Below are positions 20,272 through 29,108 of a stretch of DNA of 64,000 nt, in pieces (position 1 is the first letter of the stretch; each line of letters starts with the position of its first letter). The notes beneath the pieces are model-generated. The model had not been told where the DNA came from, did not search any database, and saw only the letters and a list, made by a program, of their open reading frames with translations. The translations under genes and the position numbers were made by a program. The stretch is from Lachnoclostridium sp. UBA5725 (GTDB lineage Bacteria > Bacillota > Clostridia > Lachnospirales > Lachnospiraceae): the NCBI GenBank assembly GCA_002419585.1, contig DIGJ01000018.1, positions 44,566-108,565 on the forward strand, read 5' to 3'.

Positions 20272-20715
20272 CTAATTTTGTTCTTCTTTTATTAATTGTT
20301 TTGTTTCTTCCAGTATATCAGATAGTGTTGTCTTCTTCATTTCATTTTCAAAAGCTTCTTGCATCTTAATCAACTTATTATCCAATACCGCATGAATATT
20401 CCTACCTACCGGACATTGCGTGTTAGGATCTTCGTGAAAATGAAATAAATCTCCACTCTCTACACAATCTACTGCACGATATATCTCTAACAAAGTAATC
20501 TGTGAAGGTTCTTTCTTTAATGAAGCACCACCACTTCCTCTTATTACATCAATCAAATCAGCGGCTTTCAGTTGTTGTATAATTCTGCGGATTACCACAG
20601 GATTCGTGTGAACACTCGATGCCAGCAAATCACTGGTAGTTTTATACTCATCCTTAAAAACATCGATTGCTGTAAGCACATGAATTGCTATTGTAAATCG
20701 ACTTGATATTTGCAT
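20272..20715 (-). CDS. Rrf2-family transcriptional regulator
   Basis: MQISSRFTIAIHVLTAI... and TSDLLASSVHTNPVVIRRIIQQLKAADLI form an Rrf2 wHTH. Confidence 0.85.
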   Translation of the reverse strand: MQISSRFTIAIHVLTAIDVFKDEYKTTSDLLASSVHTNPVVIRRIIQQLKAADLIDVIRGSGGASLKKEPSQITLLEIYRAVDCVESGDLFHFHEDPNTQCPVGRNIHAVLDNKLIKMQEAFENEMKKTTLSDILEETKQLIKEEQN

Positions 20716-20789
20716 AATTGCACATCCTTCTCAATTGATAACTATATTTTAGCATTTATATGTTGTACGGTCAATTGTTACAATGTTCG

Positions 20790-20902
20790 TAGCTTGGTCG
20801 TCATTAACATCACTCTTCTCAAGCCAAACACTTCCGCATATTTTTCATCCTGTTTTATATAATACCATATTAAGTTATAAGTATTCTGATATGGGTATGT
20901 TC
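20790..20902 (-). pseudogene. internal fragment of a GNAT paralogue
   Basis: About 112 bp is roughly 85 percent identical by eye to 19519-19630 (core TCTTCTCAAGCCA.ACACTTCC...TTTTCATCCTGTTTTATATAATACCATATTAAGTTATA). No start or stop context is present. Confidence 0.6.
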
Positions 20903-21065
20903 ATAATCTTAGCTTACGTTTCACTTACAATCAATAACACTAATATCCATAATAGTATAGCATAATATCAGGGAGCCACATTTCATTGATTTATGTTCAC
21001 CTTAACATTTTGTATATTATTTTTTATTCCGCAGACACTACTAAAAAGTGAAAGGAGCATCAATT

Positions 21066-21245
21066 TTGAATAACAAAAATATATCTTATAAAAAACCGAG
21101 AAAAGCTGCAGATAATAATGAAAATAATAAAAATGTTATCCATACAGAAGATCATCGTTCGAATAGCACATCAAAAATCGATTATAATGACCCATTTTAT
21201 ACTCCTCCCGGTGAAGGCCCTGCTCCTAGAATTACATCTAATTAA
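21066..21245 (+). CDS. small hypothetical protein (59 aa)
   Basis: TTG start 8 nt after AAAGGAG. It is followed by the intrinsic terminator GGCTCTAgcttttgtTAGAGCC plus a T-run at about 21283-21310. No recognisable domain. Confidence 0.35.
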   Translation: MNNKNISYKKPRKAADNNENNKNVIHTEDHRSNSTSKIDYNDPFYTPPGEGPAPRITSN

Positions 21246-21322
21246 GTATCGTTCGATGGAACAAATAACTTGGCTCTAGCTTTTGTTAGAGCCTTTTCTT
21301 GCAAAGTTGATTCCCTTTTATT

Positions 21323-21709
21323 CTAGAAGAGTTTTTCTATTTCATTCATTAATACATCTGCATCGCAGATAGTATAAGTATTTCTACCATTATTATAATA
21401 TCCCCAGTTATTTCCTAATAGTATCTGAACAAAATTTCCATCTATAATACCAATAATTTCAATTTTTAAATCTTCTGGCGAATATGTTTGTTGTCCAATT
21501 GGAAATTTATCACGCGAATAACTTGTCAGTATATCATTTAAATCAGCCTTGTTAATTTGATTTGTTATATCTTCTCCGTTATATCTTACGAAACCAATTG
21601 AAAACTTTGTAGTATCCTTAATTAATGGTGTAGATTTTAAATAAAATGATACAATTACAACAATACTAACAAAAATAACCCCATAAAATATCTTATTCCT
21701 ATTTTTCAT
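21323..21709 (-). CDS. hypothetical membrane-anchored protein
   Basis: N-terminal TM segment IFYGVIFVSIVVIVSFY followed by a ~100-aa soluble part. No recognisable motif. Confidence 0.5.
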   Translation of the reverse strand: MKNRNKIFYGVIFVSIVVIVSFYLKSTPLIKDTTKFSIGFVRYNGEDITNQINKADLNDILTSYSRDKFPIGQQTYSPEDLKIEIIGIIDGNFVQILLGNNWGYYNNGRNTYTICDADVLMNEIEKLF

Positions 21710-21986
21710 TATGCTTTCTCCCGAGATCGCAAATTCAAATTTGTCTTATTTGAATATATAAGTATTCCATATTTATTATCCAACTATCAATATTAATTTG
21801 TCAAGGTTCAATAACTTATTCTAATTTCCAGCACTTTATTTTTTCAGTGGGTATAGTATTATATAATCATAAGCAAAACATCAACCATCATGATGTCTTA
21901 GCTATACTTCTTAAATTTTTTTCAAACTCCCCTCATAAGATGCTGCCGAATGGTGGCATCTTTGTTTTCATTCTATTTGCTTTTAT

Positions 21987-22015
21987 TTGACACTTCCCAT
22001 AAATACGCCTACAAT
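21987..22015 (+). promoter_or_regulatory. sigmaA-type promoter for the small membrane-protein gene
   Basis: TTGACA (21987-21992), a 17-nt spacer, then TACAAT (22010-22015). Confidence 0.5.
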
Positions 22016-22048
22016 AGATTTAATAAACGAATTTGAAGGGGGAATATA

Positions 22049-22258
22049 ATGGGAGGTATCTTAATTGTTTTAGGCATAATTTTTATTTTTGTTTTTATTC
22101 CTCTAATTATTCAATATTTTATAACTTTAAATCAGCCCCCGGAGGATTTTTCTATTTTGAAGTATTTTACAATCAATAGATTAGTTAACATGGTTGTTAA
22201 AAATATTGTTGCAATAATACTTTTAATAATTTTATTTATTATAAAATTAAGAAGTTAG
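22049..22258 (+). CDS. small membrane protein (two TM helices)
   Basis: GGGGGA SD, a strong upstream promoter, and two hydrophobic helices. Confidence 0.45.
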   Translation: MGGILIVLGIIFIFVFIPLIIQYFITLNQPPEDFSILKYFTINRLVNMVVKNIVAIILLIILFIIKLRS

Positions 22259-22403
22259 CACTTTTTTAAATTTTAACTTCTATCTTGTTACCTCCTACTC
22301 TGCATTTTCAGGCATGAGTGCAATTTCTTCCTACATGATTTCATTCAATACCTGGATGCTATCAATGTTCACCGCTGATACCTGTAAATTTGCATATAAA
22401 ACC

Positions 22404-22690
22404 CAGCGAGTCCACATTTTAAAGTCAGCCATGAAGGGCTGAGCTCATAAACTATCGTCCAATTTACACGGCTCCCATGCTAGGATTTTATATCATTTGA
22501 GCATATGTAACATAAACTCAATCGAGAAATCGACTCCCACAGAGTCAATTTCTCGATGTTTTGAGGTTGTGTGGAATGTTTATGCGACTGATATAAAATA
22601 CTAGCATGGGAGTCGTGTAAATTGTAGAAAGACTAAATTGCTCAGCCCAACACGGCGTCACACCCCAACAAAGACTCGCGTCCTTCCATC
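22404..22690. repeat. palindromic MITE-like repeat, copy B (both arms plus central hairpin)
   Basis: The left arm (22404-22520) is degenerate at its outer end. The hairpin is at 22521-22557. The right arm (22553-22690) is the reverse complement of the copy-A sequence and ends ...GACTCGCGTCCTTCC. Confidence 0.8.
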
Positions 22691-22703
22691 GCAACCCCAG
22701 AGT

Positions 22704-24608
22704 TTATTCACATGTGACACTTACCCCCTCCACATACTTTCGATCCATCTGATGTCTTGCCTTCCGGTTTTCCACACTATCAAAGATTATCGAGAAATCA
22801 TAATCCTCCGGATAAAGCTCAGTCGCTGCCACATGTAGCTTAATTCGTTTGTGATTGATCCAGATCTTTTTATCTGGCATCTGGATTCGTATCAAACCTT
22901 TTTCATTTGCGGTCTCACAGACAATTCCTATCTTTTTGTCCGGAAATACCATAACGCTATCTCCTAGATGATACTTTTCTGCTTCTGTCTGCTTGTTATG
23001 GAGCTCTTTCTTTTTCTGAATCTGCGCATGTCTTTCATGCAGCAATTCTTCTTGTTTATCGAAAGACAGGGTGTTCTCTGCTTCTTCATTCCCGTAGGCT
23101 GCTAGATAAGCGCTCCTTAGCATACTTCCTGGCATTCCAAGTTTCTTTGCAATGTAGAAGGCGCAGCTTTCACCAGCTTCACCGATTACGAGCTGATAGA
23201 GTGGTTTTAGACTTTCCTTATCAAATGTCATTCTTGCATTTACCACGCCATCTTCCTTGTCTGCGTATTTTTTCACTTCTGGATAGTGGGTTGTAACTAA
23301 ATACAGCGCGCCGCTTTTCTTCAATTCTTCTAAAATTGAAATTGCAATACCCATTCCTTCCGTTGGATCGGTTCCTGATCCCAGTTCATCCAATACAACC
23401 AGACTATCCTTATCTGCCTTATGCAAAATATCGAGTACATTCATGATATGAGAAGAAAAAGTTGACAGATTTTCAGAAATATTCTGCCCATCTCCAATAT
23501 CACATAAAAATGCATTGTTCATACAAATATCCGCTTTTTCACAAGACACATGCAATCCACATTGTGCCATCATACAATTAAGGGCAACTGTTTTTATTGC
23601 AACTGTTTTTCCACCAGTATTTGGTCCAGTAATAATAATTCCATTTATCCCCTGCCCAATCTCAAAATTAAGGGGTACATTTATTTTTTTATCCATTAAT
23701 GGATGCCTTCCATTTACCAAGCAGATTTTTCGCTGCGTGTTCATTTTAGGTTCTACTCCATCGTATTCCATACTTAATTTTCCTTTTGCAAATATGAAAT
23801 CCAGTTTTTCAATCGTTCTGTTATTTCGATCAAATACATCAAAGGTATCTGCCAACATGCCTGATAACGAATAGAGAATCCTAATTTCTTCATTTTCTTC
23901 CTCTAGCTTCAGGTTCTGTAGTTCTTCGTAATATTTTGCAACGGACTGAGGCTCTATAAATAGTGTATTTCCCGAAGAGGATTTACCAATCACATAACCA
24001 CTAATACGATTTTTATATTCTGTTTTAACCGGAAGACAAATATGACCATTTCTGATGGTACTGAAACTATCTGCCATATACTCCTTATTTGCTCGCATAA
24101 CAGAATCTGCTTTTTCACGCATTTTTTGCTCTGCCTGCTCAATGCCACTTCGCAAAGACTTTAATGTTTTTGAAGCAAAATCGTCTACTCTTCCATTTCG
24201 GATTTTTACATTTAATTCTTCACGGACTACTTCCATGGAATCTAGATTTTCCTCATAATAAGGAAGCCCTATTTCATACTGCTTACATCGATTTAAATAA
24301 TCTTTTAATCTGGTTACTGCGGTTAATTGGATTGCTACACTTTCTAGCTGGTCTGCCGTAAGGCAACCACCCTTATTCGCAACTTCAATCAGCTCATCCA
24401 ATCCTTGCATCGATGTGAGTGGTGGATTTCCGGCTTTTTCTAGAATAACTCTTGCTTCGCTCGTTTCTCTTAATTTTGCATGCAATTTTATTTCAGACAG
24501 ATATGGCTTTAAAGACCGAATTTTTTGCTTTGCCTTATCTGTAAATGCCAAATCTATCATTTTTTCTTTTATTAAGTTAAAATCTAGTGTTTCTTCTATA
24601 TTCTTCAT
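22704..24608 (-). CDS. MutS2-like ATPase lacking a recognisable Smr domain
   Basis: MutS domain V with GPNTGGKTVAIKTV (Walker A), VVLDELGSGTDP and TTHY. The C-terminus is KOW-like (GDSVMVFPDKKIGIVCE...). The protein ends at 634 aa with no Smr-type sequence. Confidence 0.8.
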   Translation of the reverse strand: MKNIEETLDFNLIKEKMIDLAFTDKAKQKIRSLKPYLSEIKLHAKLRETSEARVILEKAGNPPLTSMQGLDELIEVANKGGCLTADQLESVAIQLTAVTRLKDYLNRCKQYEIGLPYYEENLDSMEVVREELNVKIRNGRVDDFASKTLKSLRSGIEQAEQKMREKADSVMRANKEYMADSFSTIRNGHICLPVKTEYKNRISGYVIGKSSSGNTLFIEPQSVAKYYEELQNLKLEEENEEIRILYSLSGMLADTFDVFDRNNRTIEKLDFIFAKGKLSMEYDGVEPKMNTQRKICLVNGRHPLMDKKINVPLNFEIGQGINGIIITGPNTGGKTVAIKTVALNCMMAQCGLHVSCEKADICMNNAFLCDIGDGQNISENLSTFSSHIMNVLDILHKADKDSLVVLDELGSGTDPTEGMGIAISILEELKKSGALYLVTTHYPEVKKYADKEDGVVNARMTFDKESLKPLYQLVIGEAGESCAFYIAKKLGMPGSMLRSAYLAAYGNEEAENTLSFDKQEELLHERHAQIQKKKELHNKQTEAEKYHLGDSVMVFPDKKIGIVCETANEKGLIRIQMPDKKIWINHKRIKLHVAATELYPEDYDFSIIFDSVENRKARHQMDRKYVEGVSVTCE

Positions 24609-24650
24609 TTCTTCATCTCCTATTCAATACTCTAACTGCCTTATGAATCA

Positions 24651-24702
24651 AAAAAAAGACCCTGAAAGCACCTGCCTCTTGGCATACTACTTCCTTGGTC
24701 TT
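24651..24702 (-). terminator. long hairpin plus U8, 40 nt upstream of the mutS2-like start
   Basis: Minus strand GACCAAGGAAGTAGTATGCC...GGCAGGTGCTTTCAGGGTC followed by TTTTTTTT. Confidence 0.6.
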
Positions 24703-24730
24703 AAAAGTGTAGACTTAATCCTTTTTGGAT

Positions 24731-24964
24731 AAAAAAATAGCATGACTCTACAGCCATGCTTTCAATAGTCTACTATGATACAGACGTCTATTCGAAGTGT
24801 ATGAAGCATTTCGTAAGGCAGATACATCGGCATTACAAGCCGACAAAAGGGTACGACAATAACAATTGCGTTCACGCAACCATCGCTCCCTTTACAACTA
24901 TTTAGTTAGCTGCAATCTCCATTACCGGACTCAACATACATTTACCTCTTCTTTTCTAATATAT
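24731..24964 (-). ncRNA. candidate ~230-nt sRNA or leader transcript of unknown class
   Basis: It is bounded by a near-consensus promoter (24971-24999) and an intrinsic terminator, AGCATGGCT-GTAG-AGTCATGCT plus a U-run (24731-24760). Only tiny ORFs of 11 and 23 codons lie inside. Confidence 0.3.
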
Positions 24965-24970
24965 ATTTTT

Positions 24971-24999
24971 ATATTATCTTATTTTTGTAGTATTGTCAA
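24971..24999 (-). promoter_or_regulatory. sigmaA-type promoter driving the candidate sRNA
   Basis: On the minus strand: TTGACA (24994-24999), a 17-nt spacer, then TAATAT (24971-24976). Confidence 0.5.
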
Positions 25000-25018
25000 T
25001 ACACGTCGTTCCTATGTA

Positions 25019-25612
25019 TTATAACCCATAAATGGTTTTGACTTGGTCAAAGTCATTCTTAAAGACATGACCATGCATCCCCAGCTGTAAAGCTGCTTCA
25101 ATATTTTCTTTTCTGTCATCGACAAAGAGGCACTCATTTGCTGATAAGTCATATTTATCCAAAAAATACTGATATATCTTTAAATCCGGTTTGACCATAT
25201 GGATATCCGAAGATACCACTATCCCATCAAAATAATTAAGTTGATGAAATCTTGGGAAATACTCATAAAATGCATTACAAGCATTGGATAAGACATAAAT
25301 CTTATATCCCTTATCCTTTACATATTGGACAAATTCTTTTGCTTCGTTGATTGGTTTCATACATACAGTCCAGCCATCAACACATTGCTTTAATTGGTCA
25401 TGAAGACGCTTCGGAACACGTGTACTTACACCATAATACCTTTCTTCATTCTTGATTTCACCCAAATCGCCTTTTATCCATTCTGGACCATTAAAAAGTT
25501 CTTTCAATATGAGGGCTTTATCCTCATCTGACTCAAAGAAAAGATCCAATGGAATCTTTGGATTATAATCCATTAATACATTTCCCATATCCAAAACGAT
25601 ATTTTTAATCAT
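25019..25612 (-). CDS. HAD-superfamily hydrolase (subfamily IA)
   Basis: Motif I VLDMGNVL, motif II VLSNA, and a motif IV-like FVDD. Confidence 0.85.
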   Translation of the reverse strand: MIKNIVLDMGNVLMDYNPKIPLDLFFESDEDKALILKELFNGPEWIKGDLGEIKNEERYYGVSTRVPKRLHDQLKQCVDGWTVCMKPINEAKEFVQYVKDKGYKIYVLSNACNAFYEYFPRFHQLNYFDGIVVSSDIHMVKPDLKIYQYFLDKYDLSANECLFVDDRKENIEAALQLGMHGHVFKNDFDQVKTIYGL

Positions 25613-25837
25613 AGTAACCTCTTTTCATAATATAAAAATCCCTTTTCAAAATATCGACATTTTATGAATTTTTACCCTTAGTTTGTGCACCTATTTATTA
25701 TAACACGCTTTCCACTCTATGCAATCAAAGCAACATTCTTTTTTCATTTGCATATGGATAATCATCATCAATAACACAAAAAATTCCGACTATAAACATG
25801 ATTCATAGCCGGAATTTTTCCATTTCATATTATACTT

Positions 25838-27262
25838 TTAACCTAATGTCATAAATGCATATCTTGCAATAAATATCAAAGCAACAATTGCTGTTAAAGG
25901 CTTAATTTCTTTTGCCTTTCCTGCGAATAACTTAATCACACAATATGTGATCAATCCCATAGCAATACCATTTGCAATTGAGTAGGTAAATGGCATAAAT
26001 ACGATGGTACAAAATGCAGGTAGTGCATTTGTCATATCACTAAAATCTACATCTTTAATATTGCTAATCATAAGAATTCCTACAAAGATTAATGCTGGAG
26101 CTGTTGCTGCACCAGGAACAATTCCTACGATAGGAGCAAAGATAATCGCTGCAATGAATAAAAGTGCAGTAACCATACTTGTCATTCCAGTACGACCGCC
26201 TTCTGCAATACCTGCACTGGATTCAACAACGGTTGTTACGGTAGAAGTTCCAAGCATCGCACCAGCTGCTGTTGAAATTGCATCTGCCATAAGTGCTTGT
26301 TTCATATTGATAACTTCGCCCTTTTCATCAATAAGACCAGACTGCTTCGCCGCACCAAATAAAGTTCCTATGGAGTCAAACATATTAACCAATGAGAAAC
26401 TGATTACTAAAAGTGTTACTGTAAAAATGGTTTCTATTAAACTTTTACCGCTAAACATTCCAGCAAAATCCATCTTTAAGAAAGATACTTCTGCAAAATC
26501 AGCAAATTTCTCGGCAATATTAAAATTAATATTAGAAACACTGGTTACTCCTAGAGGAATGCCGACTATCGTAGAAACTACAATACCAATCAAAATGGAA
26601 CCTTTAACTTTACGAGCATGTAGTACTCCCATAACCATAAGGCCTATTAGTGCTACTAAAGCCCCTAGTATTACACTCATGTTTGCATCTTTTGTTCTCC
26701 ATTGTGCAAAATCAACCATACTAACAAGCGTTGCGCTGTTACCAACGATGATTCCACCATTTTTCAACCCGATAATGGTAATAAACAAACCAATTCCCGG
26801 CGTAATAGCTTTAATAACTGCATCCGGTATTGCTCTAATAATGGCTTCTCGTATTCCAACTGCTGTAATTACAATAAACAAAATTCCGGAAATAAATACT
26901 ACTACCAATGCCTGTCCGTAGGTATATCCCATACCCAAAACAACTGTATATGCAAAAAATGCATTTAAGCCCATTCCAGGTGCCTGAGCTAACGGTAGTT
27001 TTGCATACAACGAAACTAAAATTGTTCCTATAAATGCACCAAAGCATGTACCAATAAATACACCATTCGATATTTTAGTTGCCATTTCGGCATTTCCCAT
27101 AATAACATATGGATCTGCCAATATTTGTGGGTTTAATATCAGTATATAAGCAACTGTAATAAATGTGGTAAGACCAGCTAACATTTCCGTCTTTACCGTG
27201 GTATCATATTCATTTAGTTTAAAATACCGACTAAAAAAACCCTGTTTTTTCTTGTTGTCCAT
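25838..27262 (-). CDS. NCS2-family purine (adenine/hypoxanthine/guanine) permease
   Basis: FKLNEYDTTVKTEMLAGLTTFITVAYILILNP is the AzgA/PbuG-type N-terminus. The ATG at 27262 has a GGAGG SD. Confidence 0.9.
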   Translation of the reverse strand: MDNKKKQGFFSRYFKLNEYDTTVKTEMLAGLTTFITVAYILILNPQILADPYVIMGNAEMATKISNGVFIGTCFGAFIGTILVSLYAKLPLAQAPGMGLNAFFAYTVVLGMGYTYGQALVVVFISGILFIVITAVGIREAIIRAIPDAVIKAITPGIGLFITIIGLKNGGIIVGNSATLVSMVDFAQWRTKDANMSVILGALVALIGLMVMGVLHARKVKGSILIGIVVSTIVGIPLGVTSVSNINFNIAEKFADFAEVSFLKMDFAGMFSGKSLIETIFTVTLLVISFSLVNMFDSIGTLFGAAKQSGLIDEKGEVINMKQALMADAISTAAGAMLGTSTVTTVVESSAGIAEGGRTGMTSMVTALLFIAAIIFAPIVGIVPGAATAPALIFVGILMISNIKDVDFSDMTNALPAFCTIVFMPFTYSIANGIAMGLITYCVIKLFAGKAKEIKPLTAIVALIFIARYAFMTLG

Positions 27263-27472
27263 AAGAACCTCCATTGTCTTGTGTAATATGTTGTGCCATA
27301 TGTTAATCTTATCACAATGTTTAGTGTTTTTCAACAACTTTCTAAAAATATTTTTTAGTTCTCACAATTATTTTTGTTGAATGTGATTTATTTTAGGTTC
27401 TCTTTTCCATCTTTCTATTGCAGTTAGCTCAAAAGAAAAAGAAGCCTCAAATATCGAGACTTCCTATAACAT

Positions 27473-27724
27473 TTAACCTTGAAGACCATTGCTCTGACGT
27501 TCCATATTCTCTATCACTATATCACAAATATCTCCCAATGAAGAACAATACTCTAGTACTTTCCATGGAGTATTGGTATGAAAATGAATTTTAATCAACT
27601 CATCATCTCCCACAGCTAGTAGACAGTCCCCCTCAATATGGTTTGTAATATACTCATTAATTGTATCTTCCGAAAGATTATGTCCCTCGATTAATAATTG
27701 AGTATCAAATTTGTATTCAAGCAT
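27473..27724 (-). pseudogene. stand-alone C-terminal fragment of a DAK2/YloV (FakA-like) protein
   Basis: The 83 aa ...GDCLLAVGDDELIKIHFHTNTPWKVLEYCSSLGDICDIVIENMERQ matches only the C-terminal domain of ~550-aa YloV-type proteins. A terminator follows at about 27437-27465. Confidence 0.5.
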
Positions 27725-27789
27725 AATAATTCCCCTTTGTTCTTTCTATTTATAAATTACTTCTTCACTAATTATACGTTTCTTCCTAT

Positions 27790-27991
27790 TGAAAGTCAAT
27801 TTTCACAGGGTGAATAAATGCACGAATGCCTTTATCTAGTACTTCCCTTATAACTGCATCTTCCATTGTCTCAAATTGATTTTGTCCGCCAGGTCGATCA
27901 AAATAGACCACATAATCTTCTGTAATACATCTGTAACAACTATTCTATCTTTATTTAGAATAATCGCTTTAGCCGCATTTCTAATTGCCAT
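27790..27991 (-). pseudogene. frameshifted Nudix hydrolase remnant
   Basis: MAIRNAAKAIILNKDRI... in one frame. After a frame change it reads YFDRPGGQNQFETMEDAVIREVLDKGI, a degenerate Nudix box. There is no intact ORF. Confidence 0.45.
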
Positions 27992-28273
27992 AACACTTAC
28001 CCAACTTTCTACTAATAGAATTTTTATGTAATATGATAAATTTACTAAGTGTACATTTCCAAATAAAGGAAGTTAATCTTTACAAAAGTGTATTAGTACC
28101 CAACGGATAAGCGAACACCTTCTATTACTGACATGATAACGATTACTCGTTACGCATTATTTATATGTTCTCATTAATTAACCACAATTTATATTTGACT
28201 AATAATAACAAAATTGACTCCAGAATGGTATTTTTAAAATTTTATCCTCATCAATTGCTTCATTTATGACGTC

Positions 28274-28774
28274 CTAAGGTTCAAAATTAAATTCAATGCG
28301 AAAATAGTTTTCCAAATTAATTCCATAATAGATAACATCAGTTTGATAAACTGAAAAAATAGGCGGTTCATCAACTTCATTCATTATTGGAATATACCTA
28401 TAACCATATATGGGAATCAGCTTAGGGACTTTTTGCATTTCTTCAATACACTTTTGTTTGGCATATAATAAATCGAGAGGCTTCTCGCCCCAGTTATCAT
28501 CCCAAAAGTTGTTATTCTCCAAATCGAAAAGAACTCCTTCCAAAGGCCATTTTATCATATCTTTAATTTTTTTTACATTAGCTTCATTAAAATTTCTCCA
28601 ATTATAAAAAGACTTTGATATAGGTAATGCTATTTGATACATTTCTCTTAATGACTTAGGAAATTTAATATCATAAGTTTGTTCAATTTTTTTGATTTCG
28701 TCATTTGTAAGTCCTTTAGCAAATTTTATTTTTTTCAACTTTAAATCATCGATTAGTAGCCTGTATTTTTCCAT
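28274..28774 (-). CDS. SMI1/KNR4 (SUKH-1) family protein
   Basis: LTNDEIKKIEQTYDIKFPKSLREMYQIA is the characteristic SUKH N-terminal motif. This family typically provides polymorphic-toxin immunity. Confidence 0.75.
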   Translation of the reverse strand: MEKYRLLIDDLKLKKIKFAKGLTNDEIKKIEQTYDIKFPKSLREMYQIALPISKSFYNWRNFNEANVKKIKDMIKWPLEGVLFDLENNNFWDDNWGEKPLDLLYAKQKCIEEMQKVPKLIPIYGYRYIPIMNEVDEPPIFSVYQTDVIYYGINLENYFRIEFNFEP

Positions 28775-29055
28775 TTTTTAAATCCTATCTCTATATTGTA
28801 TTAAATCAGGTTGAATTAATTATACTTTTCCAAATATAGTAAGTCAATAATGACTGTGAAATAGTGTATCTTCTACACTTTATAAGAAAGAATTGAAATG
28901 CTTAAGGGGCAAATATTTATTTACACAGGCGAATGGTGAAAGAATGACAAGCAGAAGCTTTAATATCTACAATTACAACAAAATGGTCAAGGCATTATAA
29001 CACTTCCAGTACAACAAAGGATGTTGCGCACATCCTGCACACAAGTTTTTTAAGC

Positions 29056-29098
29056 AATAAAAAATCGCTAACCCTTGATTTATAAGGATTAACGACCA
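29056..29098 (-). terminator. intrinsic terminator after tRNA-Gly
   Basis: Minus strand CGTTAATCCTTataaatcAAGGGTTAGCG followed by ATTTTTTATT. Confidence 0.65.
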
Positions 29099-29108
29099 TT
29101 TTTAGTTA

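Noticed and set aside
24659-24702. Resemblance of AAGACCAAGGAAGTAG to the SRP RNA domain IV (GGUCCGGAAGGAAGCAGC).
   Set aside because: The 5' partner strand and the GGAA tetraloop context are missing. The hairpin plus U8 is better explained as an intrinsic terminator.
26004-26921. 305-aa plus-strand ORF.
   Set aside because: It lies fully inside, and antisense to, the NCS2 permease gene. Its Ala/Ile/Pro/Thr-rich low-complexity sequence is typical of the antisense of a membrane-protein gene.
27263-27470. Purine riboswitch upstream of the NCS2 purine permease.
   Set aside because: I looked for the conserved U-A-U-A...GGAUAUGGC...UUUCUACC...CCGUAAA core on the minus strand and did not find it. 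Only the terminator of the upstream gene fragment is present.
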